64,000 bases of DNA from Camelus ferus (Eukaryota). A program made the position numbers and the translations under genes. Below are positions 47,037 through 58,200 of the stretch, in pieces; the first letter of the stretch is position 1; each line of letters opens with the position of its first letter. Location of the stretch: NCBI RefSeq assembly GCF_009834535.1, contig NC_045698.1, positions 97,278,001 through 97,342,000 on the forward strand, read 5' to 3'. The notes beneath the pieces were generated by a model that did not search any database, was not told where the DNA came from, and worked only from the letters and a program-made list of their open reading frames with translations.

Positions 47037-47400
47037 ATCGGTTCCCAGTCAGCAGATCTGGCGAGCCTCCCCCGCGTCCGAGGCTGAGAGAGAGAAGGGG
47101 CCAAAAAAAAAAAAAAAAAAAAAGAAAACAAAAAAAACCGCGGAGCATGCTGGTCATTGTAGTCCAAGCTATAGTATATGCGGGCCATTGGACTACAATT
47201 CCCGACAGGCGCCGCGCGAGGGGTCGCACAAGCGGTGGTGTAAAGGGGCGCGACCCTTGGAAAGAAGGCCTGTGGAAGTGTGTTGCTGACAGTTAACTGC
47301 TGCGCGACCAGCGGCTCACAGCCTGAAACTGGCAACAGGGGGCTGCGCTTTTCCTCATCTGTAGAGTGGAGATCGTAACTTCGGCCTCGCCTAACACTTG
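46600..47400. promoter_or_regulatory. DNAJC18 CpG-island promoter with GC boxes and two ZNF143-type motifs
   Basis: CpG-dense; GGACTACAATTCCC (47190-47203, +) and GGACTACAATGACCAGCATGC (47145-47165, -). Confidence 0.75.
46997..47036 (-). CDS. DNAJC18: DNAJC18 exon 1 (coding part)
   Basis: ATG at 47036; [13 protein letters not shown]; GTACC donor. Confidence 0.94.
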
Positions 47401-50276
47401 GGATGTTCAAGGAGGTGCTATCAGATCCTGCCTAGGAAAGATTTTGCAAACTACGGGCTAGAGGGTGAGAGTGTGACTATTTTTCTCCTCACGGGTGTCC
47501 TAATTAAATATATGCTGTTGCCTGTTCTGTGCAAACTGTATGCTTGGTCCTCGATGGGTTTTGGTGATGCCGAACCCTACCTTGGGAACTTAAGAGCCAA
47601 GAAAGTAGAAAAGTGAGATTTATGTGGTTAGAGGGCAACTCCTCTGTCATAGCTTCATTAGAGGGACCCATAGGAGTCAGAGGCAGAGAAAAAAGAAAGG
47701 TGCAAGTATTGGAGATGGCATTAGATCACCATGTATTTGATGTGCCTTATCCTTCATCTATCCTATTTTACTCCAAGGCCCATCCGAGACTTTCCCCCTC
47801 CCTTCCACCCCAATTATTTCCTTGGTCTTTCTCCTTTTCTAAAGGACCCAGCCCTAGGAAATTAGTAAAAAGGCAATGAAGAAATATTCCTACTTTTCCC
47901 CACTCAGATTTGCATGGAGCCTAGCAAAGAATAAAGGCAGTTCTTCATAGGTGGATGGGTAGTGTCCTTACTGACTCATCCCTGCTGGTGAGTTGAGATG
48001 GCCAAAAATCAGGTCCACAAAAGTGAAAAATGATCATGTACATCCCCAAACAAAAGTTACTTGGAATTCATTGAGACCTTACTCAGGAAAACCAAATCAA
48101 TTATGTCAACTTTGATATTAATCGAAAGCTCCTTAGGTAGTTGGAGTGGGGTGGGAAGATGTACAGCTCTAGACACAAACTAAAATGGTAAAAGCCTTCA
48201 ATGGTGTGCAGTTCCATCTGTCTCTGCAGTCATGACTCTGGGATATATGAGCATCATTGTGTTCACAGAAGACTGGGTCTTGAAGAAGCCACTTGTGCTC
48301 TGCAGACCAAAGGACCTGATAAGGGACATCCTTTAGGTGGTTGAGTATTAGGAGGAAGTTTATTTGGTTTTGAGAGGCTAGACAGACTGCTCTAGGTGGA
48401 CAGGGGAAGGTGGGATATGTCTTGAAGTCTAGGGGCACAGAGCTACAGTCTGGGGGTACTCAGAGATGTCAGAGTACCATGAAGTTTGAGGTATCATCTG
48501 GTTGAGAGTAGGGGTGGTAGAGCACTATAGGGGATAATTGGATTGAGAAGGGGTACAGTGAATTATGGGGCTACTTAAGAGTAGAGACCAAGTGCAATAA
48601 TGCTGGACAAGATTTGGGAAGCCAGGGCCTCTTGGAAATGTCTGGTACCTCAACAACCTTTCCCAACACCTCTAAAACCTCACTTCCTCCTTTTCTAGAC
48701 AGCTCATTTACTACTAGATCAGTAAAAAGTGGTTTAGCATTGCACCCTTCTCAGATATTGCCATGCAAACTCATCCTCCAGCTCATTTACACCTCAATTA
48801 ACACTTCTGGATGAATTTTTCTATGATTATCACCAGGACTATCTTAGAACTCCAAACCTCAACAGTTAGAACACTTCTGTGCCAGTTTTTGATTCAGCAT
48901 GCCAACCACTCGACAAAAATAATTCCCACTGTCAAATTCAGTCTCTGTTTGGTAAAAGAGGGAACTGTTGGCCCAGAGAGTTCAGGATGGAGGTGCCAGG
49001 GGAAAGCAATCAGCAGGAAGAGCGAGAGCACCTGAGAAGGAAATAAGGGAAGAGAAATTGGCACTTCTCAAAGAGGAGGTAGGTGAAGAAAGAAGTTCAA
49101 AGAGGTGAGAAAGGACACCCACAAATCCAGGGGGAGACTGCTGAGCAGAACCACACAGTTCTTCCAGCAGATTCAAATAGAACTAAGTAGTGCTAGCCTG
49201 GCTTTGGGAAACTGTATGCAAGAATTAGGCCGGGGGGGGCCTGCAGTGGTTCTTCATCTGCTAAACCATTTTACCTAGAGCCAACCTCAGATTTCTATCA
49301 GTTTTCTCTACTTACTTTCAGGAAAACTTGTTGAACTGTAGTGAATTTTTGCTGGTGATACTGAGGTTTGCCGTGTATCCTATATGATTGATGTGCTGCC
49401 CCATCCAGTCCTGGAAGAAAGATACTGAGTAAATGATCCCTCTGTCCAACTGGGTCTGTGTGCCTGAGATGGTTTGTTGGTTGGCCTCCCATAGGATGGG
49501 AGAAGAAGTAAGAGAAGGACAAGCTACAGCAGCCACCCTACCCGAGCCACCTGTTCCTGCTTTGGGCATGTAGTCCTGTGTTAGAATAGGGAGGAAGTCA
49601 TCTTGTAAATGGCCACCATCCTGTTGTCTAGACATCAGGGAAGAGATATGGTCTCAGGGAAGCTGCAGGGAGAAGCTATACTTGGATTTCCTGTCAGAGG
49701 TGGGTCTTGTATTTACATAAATAGTAGGATCTTCCAGCGGAGCCCCCTCTAATACAGTTTTCTGGAGAGAAGAGTTCAGCATTAACTGAATTCAACCTCA
49801 ACCCCTTCCCAGAGTGTAGTTACTTGGCAACAGGAAAATCAACATGGTTAATGTGGTATTGCAATGTCAGTTTCAGGGTAAATACCTTTCAATCTCATAT
49901 TAGTACCAGTTCGTCCCATCTCCCACGTATAAATACCTTAAGACTAACAGCTCATATTTGCAGGACATTGCCCAGAGTCAAGGGAAAGTTTGTGGCTTTA
50001 TAATGGAGACTTCAACTGAGTTACCTAGAATGAAACCCATGTCTTTGACTTAATTAGTCCAGTATGATAAGCAGCTGAACTGAGTATCCATGGTAGTCCA
50101 TAACAATAACAATTCAAACAGAATCCAGTACTTCTAGACATTGTTATGTCACCTGGAGTGTTCTATCCCAATGATGCATTTTTGTACTCAAACTGACTAG
50201 TAAGTCATGTGCTTTTTACAGTGTGCCTTAAATAAAATATATCTGACTTATTATTTTTTTAATGCTGTAGTATTGC

Positions 50277-50570
50277 TGTCATAGGTTGTACTCCAGGAAA
50301 TAGACTTGGAGACTCTGAGATTTGCATGCTGAAGGTTTACTGGTGCTTCCGGGAGCAACAGCTGCAAAGAATAAAGGAAGCAAGATTAAGCAGAGGGAGA
50401 AATGAAAGCAAAGGTCCAGGTCTTCCTCTCCACCTCCACCCCCAACAATTAGTCATCAGCCAGCTCTGGGCCCTCAGCAGCCACAATCCCAGCAGCTGGG
50501 GGAACAAGGGTCTTGATCCTAAAGTGAGACTTGGGTGGTGGTACTCCACATTGTCTGCTATAATTGCCAA
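50277..50570. mobile_element. Old ERVL/MaLR-type LTR remnant
   Basis: tgtcataggttgtactccaggaaatagac...gagactctgagatttgcatgc pattern; family uncertain. Confidence 0.45.
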
Positions 50571-51952
50571 CTAGTACTTCTAATTGCCAAGTGTCTCCAC
50601 ATTTACTATTCCATTTTACCTACCAAGTAGCTGTGAGGTAGACAGGGCCAGGGAGGGATCATTCTTCCCTTAATACACACTAACACACAGGAAAATTTAA
50701 GTCCAGAGAATGTAAAAGACTTGCCCCAAGATGCCCAAGACTTGTCTCTGGCTTCTACCCAGAGTGATCTCTACTCATAAGATTGTGTTCATTTTTTCTT
50801 ATACCTGGAGTTTATCAAACTGTAGAATATAAGAACCAAAAAAAGATAAAGAAGGCCAAGTAGTCCAGTCACCTCACTCTAAAAATAAGAAAATAGACTC
50901 AGAGATGGGGATGATTTCACTAAAGTTAAGCTGTAAGTCTGTGGCAGAGCCTAGCCTTTTGACTGGATTTCCTGCACTCAAGAGCCAGTTTTCATGACCC
51001 CTGATGTGCTGAGCACAGTGTATCACATAGGAGCTACAGATGTGAGCAGTTTACAGACACTGCCCTAGAGGATTCTAGAATCCAGTAGGTTTCTTCAGGC
51101 CACGTGAATAGTTTCAGTGAGACATAGAGAGTAGAAATTTTTGTTCTACACTTTCTCTCACATATCACCTTGCAGAGTCTAAATTCGGGGGAAAAAATAG
51201 TATATTGTTGCTTCAGAATTCTGTGTTCTTCCTGTGTTCTAAACTGCCAACTGCCAGATGCTTCTTGAGCCTCATACAGATATACCCAGATGACTCTTCC
51301 ACTGACCCTCCCCAACCAAGATTCATTTCCAAACCAGTGTCATGGTAGAGATTAGTAAGAAGACAGATAACTGCTTTCTTTTTCTTTCTAAATGACTTTA
51401 CAGTATTTGTGACCCTTCATTCTGTTTCTCAGATATGAACTTCATAACTGTGTGTAGTAAATGGGATGGGTTTTGATTTACAAAGTTACAGATCAATCCT
51501 TGCTCCAAACCTTTTCAGTGCTATTCCCACAGCTAGGATGAAAGCGAGGCACGTCTGCCCGAGGGCAGGCAGAGGACATTAGTTCTCACAGTATCCAGCT
51601 CTCACCACCAGAGTTTCCTAGTCAGAATGTGTTGTGCCTCCTGTTCTCACTCTACAGATTTAACACTTCTTTACTGTGACAGTTGGTCACTGTTTACAAC
51701 TTTTCTCTCCCCCTGTCGGAGTGGTTAATCAGTCACCTCATCCCTACTGAGCAAACCAGGTGAACTAAGGCAGACCTGACAAAAAGTTCTCTCCACCTCC
51801 CAGATTTCTCAGAGAGCTCCCCACAGGTGTAGAAACTTGTACACATGCCTTACCTCCAAAAGAAGCCCCCAGAGCTGCCAGAACATTCTGTTAAGAAATA
51901 CCCAGGGGAAAGTAGACCTTAAAAGAAATTAGACTGCAGGCCAGAAAATAAT

Positions 51953-51958
51953 TTTAAT
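51953..51958 (-). terminator. Probable ECSCR polyadenylation signal ATTAAA
   Basis: Minus strand GCATTAAAATTATTTT, about 315 nt after the stop. Confidence 0.55.
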
Positions 51959-52272
51959 GCAAAGTAGAAGGGACCAATTCACTTTGTCATTTTCCTTGCT
52001 CTGGCTCTAAAGACTCCTTCCTGTGACTCTGAGAAGGTGGTAGGGGCAGGCTGTGCTTCTAGGGTGATTGTCCGTATGGGAAAGAGTCTCTCATACTGGC
52101 TGCTTGCTCCCAGATCTGGAGGAATGCTAGTGTCCTTTAGATCTGGGGGTAGATGTGAAACAATAAAATAATTTCTATTTGGTTCATGGCCTCTACCGAT
52201 CCCATCGCTTTCCTCCTTAAGGTCACAGGGCAGCTGCATCATCCTCAGATTCATGGGGACCCATGATTGCTT

Positions 52273-52281
52273 TTAAAGAAC
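52273..52281 (-). CDS. ECSCR: ECSCR exon 10 (coding part, VL*)
   Basis: TTTTGCAG acceptor then GTT CTT TAA. Confidence 0.85.
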   Translation of the reverse strand, partial: VL

Positions 52282-55200
52282 CTGCAAAATAAATACATAA
52301 TGAGGAAGGATGAAGTTATTGGGAGTGGTGGGGTAGGGAAGAGGAGAGAAGAGCCTGAGTCTGAAAGTATCTCCTTTTTGGTTAAGGAACTTGAGCCTGA
52401 AGGGAGGAGGAAGAGGAGGGGAACGAGAGGAAGGCATCAGGAAAAATACACCTTCTCTGCTGAGGCACATCCTTTGCTGTTATTCATGTTGATATTCTTC
52501 ATGGAGATGAGGGTGATGCTGTCTTTCTCTCCGTTGGCTGTGGAGCAGCTGGCGTAGAAAGGGAACATGAGTTATAGAGAGGAGAAGTGGTAGGGCAATG
52601 GGGGTCAAGAGACTATTGAGGGTGTTGAAACTTCGATCTTTGTTTCTATAAACCTCTATTTTGGTGGTGGACTAAATGAAATGAGAATGTGCTTTGGATG
52701 AGGGTATAGCTCAAGTGGTAGAGTGCATGCTTAGCATGCATGAGGTCCTGGGTTCAATCGCTAGTACCTCCTCTATAATTAAACAAATAAACCTTAGACT
52801 TGTGTTCAAATCTTAGTTTTCCTACCTACTACCGTGTGATCTTGACCAAGATCTCTTGAGTCTTACTCTTTTTTTTTTATGTGTAAAATACAGTAATACC
52901 TGCCTTGAAGAATTGCTCTAAGCATCTGAGATATTATTACAAAATATCTACCATAGTGCTCGGCACATACAAGGTGTTCAATAAGTGATTCCTTAAATGA
53001 GTATCTTCTTATTTAAGGAGTAGATTAGAATCTGACTTCCTACATTCTTCACAAAAGGGTTATAGAGACTTGGCCTTGGGGAAAGTGTTCCAGTCCCTCT
53101 CCCATCACCCAGCCATTTCTTTTTAGGTCTGCCCTGTCCTCCCGTCCTGCCTACCTCTAGTCCTGGCCTCGGTGAGGCTGTCAGGATTCTGTATGGGTGT
53201 GGGTGTGTGTGTGGAGAAGGCAGGAAGTGTGGGTCCTACTCTTGGAGTGGGGAATTAAGAGATCAGATGGGTGATTCTTCCCTTACACTTCTGACACTCT
53301 TACCTTTCAGAGAGCCCTGAACTTCCAGGTTTCTGGGGATCTGTAAAAATGCAAAGGCACAGATTGGAGGTCACAGGCTGTAACTCAGAGTCCCAATGTG
53401 CCCCTCAAAGCCCACACAAGTGGACCCTCCCTCTTCATCTAGTGGTGCTTATGTGCCATTCCTTCCCTCAACTCCGGGCTGGGTATCAGTCTCAGAATCT
53501 AGCCCTGCATCCTCCAGCAAAGAGAGGCAAAGGGGGGCCATGAGGATCAGGGCATGTACCTTCAGACTCCTTGTTCTTCTGACACTTAAACCTTAGACTG
53601 ACCACACTGACCAGGACGATCACCACAACCACCAGGATGACAATGAAGCTGATGACACCTGAACAGGGAAAAGAATGGGGTGAAGGAGAGGCAGAGGAAG
53701 GGCAAAATGGGGAAACAGGAGTCCAATTCTCTTTTCCCAGCTAAGTGCTGTGTAGACAGGCTCTGGGAGCAAAGTGAATTGCCGTTTTCTGCTGAATGAT
53801 TGAGCTTTCATCCAGCATTCCCTGGCCAGAGTGGGCTCCTGAGCCCTGAGCCATCCTCCCTTAAGAACACAAGACCTAGTAGAGCTCAGAAGAGCTGAAT
53901 GGAGGCCCAGTGGAGATTTCTTTCTACCAGCATCTTCATCAACCAAACCCTCCTGGAACAAATGGATGAGATTTGAACTTGTGTTTCCGGACCCAGAGTC
54001 CAAGTCAGTTCAAGGGTGGGGTCCCCTGCCACGCCCACCTCCTCCTCCTCCTCACCAAATGCAGCCACAGTGAGCACTGTCTCTGACGTGGGGCTGGGCA
54101 GGATGGTCGAGTCGCCTGTCCTCAAACTCATGGTAGATGATTTGGGAGTAACATTGTGAAAAGTGTCTAAAGTAGAGTAGGGATGGTTGAGTCAGTGAAA
54201 GACCTGACACAGCCCACATGTCCCCTCCCACTTCTCCCAGGTAAAGGACTGCAGTGAGAACTGATGTCCTACAAAGACTTCCTCCAACCAGATCCCATGT
54301 GGATGGAGGTCAGGACTGGTTGATGTAGAATCACGTGACTAGCATTGTTGGTTGCTCATGTTCCCAGTTCCAGAGAACTCTAGAAAGTTCAGGATGCTTC
54401 CCTCATTATGCATTTCCCACCACGCCTGTGGGGCCCAGAGGAAAGGAATTTACACTGCAGAGATAGGGAGCCAGACCAGGCAAGGGAGAGCCATGTGTGT
54501 TTTGCCAAAGGTTGATGTGGGAGGAAAGAAGGGCACCGGATGTTTGTGCCCAGGCACTGATCTAACAAGCCAGCTGCCAGTTAATGGGCACAAGTTTCTG
54601 ACCCTCATAAAACTGAGGTGTGATCGCCCATCTCATTGTAGTGTGGGCCTGATTGCTATTCCAATTCCTTATCCTCACCTCATCCCAAATAAGTCTGGAA
54701 TTGTGAAAAAAAAAAAATCCCAGAGCCAAGGGTAGGATGAGAGAAAGGGTCAGGGGACTCTTCATTGTGAGCAAAGACGGGACATACCTCCGCTTGTGCT
54801 GCCTCTGCTGCTGTCGCCGCTTAGAACACCCGTGCCTGCACCATGCAACAGCAGGGCTCAGATGGAGGGTGTCCACCCCCTCCCAGATTTCTCCCATGCT
54901 GCTGGGTGAAGGCCAACCTGCCCTGAGAATCGTGTAGCCCTTTCTTAACCTTTTTTTGCCTCCCTTTCCATCATTTTGGTTCTACCCAACCTTACCCCTC
55001 CAAACTTTTATCAGTCCTGAGTCCAGGCTTCTTTTACCTTCATCGTGACCAGTTCCTGTCTCTACCCACCCACCCAAAACCACTTTCATTCTCTCCCAAA
55101 CCAGGGTGCCACTGGTGTGGATTCTGACGCTCATGTGGGGCAGGACCTGGGCCTCTTGAAGGAGGAAAGATGGAACCCAGGCAGCTATGACCCAGTGTTT

Positions 55201-58200
55201 TCACCCCCAGCTCCAGGTACTCACCAAGTCCTGATGTGTGCTTCTGTGGCTGGGACCAAGTCAGGCCCAGCAAGGATGGGTAGTGACCAGCCATGGTGCT
55301 GGAACTCAGAGTCACGGGTTTACCGGCTAACACAGTCGTGGGGACCTGTGAGGACTTCTCTGGAGGAAGTACGCATGGCCTGCTTAGGGCCTCAGCCAGC
55401 ATGTGCACAGGGAGGGCTCTTTAGTCCCAAATCTGCCTTCGGTTTCTCTGGCCTTTACTTTGGCAGTGCCCTCTACCTAGAATGTACCGTAACACCCTCC
55501 ACCCCACAGTCTTCATCTGGTTGACTTATTTTTTGAGCCTCAGCTTCAGGGACCGCTCACTCTGGGGTGTCTGGCCCCTAAGTCTGAGGTAGCTGACATT
55601 ACCTGGGCTCCCACAGCACCTTCTGCTTATGTTCATCATGGTCCCTCTCACCCTGCTCTGTAACTGTCAATGTGACATCCTATTTACTTGTCTGGTCCCC
55701 CACGAGTCTATTCTCTTTTAGTGCAGAAACTGTGTCTGCCTCCTCATTGGCCCCTCCCTGGATGGCATTTGCAGTCTGAGCGACAGAGTACCTGGGGTGC
55801 TGGCGCTGGGCAGAGGGCTTGAACTGTTGGGCTTTGTGGAAGGACTGTCTCCTGCAAGTAGAGGTGGAGGGGAGCTGAAGGTGGGGAAGGTTTGGTGACA
55901 CCACTCTCCCTCAGCCACTGGAGAACCCTTGGGCTCCAAGCAGATCTAAAGGGCTGGGGAGGGAACTGGGCAAGGGACAGGGCTTGGCTCCTCAGCAACC
56001 ACACACACTCACCTGCCTTAGGGGAAGTTGGCTCTAGGGTTAGATTTTGACTGTTGAGGTTTCCTGAAACAGATCATCTGAGACTGAGGGTCCGCTGCTC
56101 CTATTGCTCCGTCTCCCTGTCTTCTCTATAGCTGGTGTTTTCTAGTCTTTCTCCCTACCCCACCCCAACCCCCAACCATCCATCTCTCTCCCTATTCAAG
56201 GCATGTTAGAGACTAGTACAAAACTGACCTAGAGCTCTTTCCACTCTTCCTAAAGGCTAGAGTAGGTCCTGTGTGTTTTTGGTCTTACCCTGAGGGCTAG
56301 TTGTCGTGGGCAGGGAGTTGTGGCCTGAAAGAGAAAGCAAAATGTGTAGATTAGCTTGGTGAGCTTTCTGCCCAGCACATCCCCCAGAGAAGAACCCAGG
56401 CCTTTTGGCTTTCCCAGCCTCCCATGCTGGAAGGTGGACACACTTGGTAGAGGACTAAAGGATGTGACTCCAGCTCACAGTGCTGGCTTCCTTTGAGACT
56501 GTGACTCAATGGCACAATCACTACCACGTCATGGCTCAGTGTCACAGAGTCCTTTCCTGTCTCTTCAGTCCCATGTGGCTTTTATAACAACCTGACACAA
56601 GGTAGGGGGAAGGTTATTTCAAAGTAGTGATATTTCCAAGGACAGAGGGCCAGTGACCTGCCACGTTTCGACAAGGACCCAGGACTCCAGGTCTACAGGC
56701 TAGCGTTCTTGCTGCACTACCATCGAGCCATCTCTTTTCCCCTGTGAATACTGTTATCCTGCTCCTGCCCTAAGGGGAAGGGATGGAAAGATGTGGTGAA
56801 TAAAATGGGGTTCAGGATTGGGGTTGGTATCTGGGCTATCTGCCCTCCTCCAGCTGAAAGGAATGGCCCACACAGGAAGCAAGTTCTGAGGCAGGAAATC
56901 TCTAGAATAAGCAACCAATTTACTCTAATAGATGAGGCTACTTCAGAAGTGGTCTTTGTTAACACAACATTGTAAACTGACTATACCTCAATAATAAAAA
57001 TAAAAATATAAATAAATGATAAATTAATTAATTTTAAAAAAAGAAAAAGAAAAAGAAAAATGGTCATTGTTAGCCAAACCAGGGGAGCAGTCAATTACCA
57101 GGAGGCCTCAGTTGCAAACCTCATTAGCTTTCGAGTCTGCACTTGCGTATGCCTATAGGCCCCTAGGCAGATCCCTAGGCAGATGTGCGTGTGTGCTTGT
57201 GTCCCCTACATGTGTGGGACCTGAAAGGTCAGGTTGTGTTTGCTCATTTTCCACAATGAAATCATTCTTGAAACCTGTGAACAATGTGAAAGGAAAACAA
57301 CGTGGGGAAGTGGAGCCGCCCCGCTGGGTTCCCGTCCTCTGCTCAGGCTGGGACTGCAGGCTCTGGCCTGGCCCTCCTGCTCCCAGCGCCTCATCATCAG
57401 GGAAGCACCAAGCCTGGGAGCCCAGCGCCTGGGTGAACAGAGGCAGCTGAGGGCCAGGGGCCCACCCAGCCTGGGGCAGCCTGCTGGTCTGTTTGTTTTC
57501 TTTAGCCACTGCCTTCCACCATAGGGCTATCGTTTGGATAGTGTGCAATTAATTGTTTCCAAGCCCAAGCTTGCTCAGAACCTGAGTCGCGTTTTTCCAG
57601 GTCACCATCACTCATAGCCCCATTCCGTCCTTGGGTGGGAGCGTTAAGAGGGGAGTTAAAACTTTTAGGTGCCCTAGCCTAGAGAGAACTCTTCTCAGCT
57701 GAAGATGAACACTCTCAATCTGAGGCATTTCCTAAAAAAGGTCTGTCAGTTATTGATCAAGCATATCTAAGGTACTATCTAAGCTCTATAATGTTATGAC
57801 TTTAGATTTTAGTGGGAGGGCACAATTCACTGTCTTCCTGCATTTTTCTAGAAGCAAAACTAGTATCTCTGAAGGAGTTCCAAAGTCACAAGCTCCATGT
57901 CAGTAGCCTACTCTCTCTTTGTCTCCTGTCTCCCCTCCCACTACTGGAACGTTTTGTCAAGAGTAGATTCCTCTGTGAGTAGAGGAGAGACTTAGGGAGC
58001 ACCTGTTTCTACAGGCCAGGGTGCCTCTGACCACTGAGCATGCATACAGTGGAAGAACACTGGCCACAGTGATTTCTTACTTTCCTGTCTCTCCTCCTTA
58101 ATCCCTACCTCTTTATTCCCTTCCAGCCTCTCTCTTCCCCCTCTTCACCACCACCATACTGTTTTCCTCATCTGCTTAGTTTAGTCGTTAAAATCATGGA

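Noticed and set aside
46892-47410. 172-aa ORF over the DNAJC18 promoter as an N-terminal extension or new gene
   Set aside because: It is in a different frame from DNAJC18, runs through a poly-T tract (poly-Phe) and has no recognisable homology.
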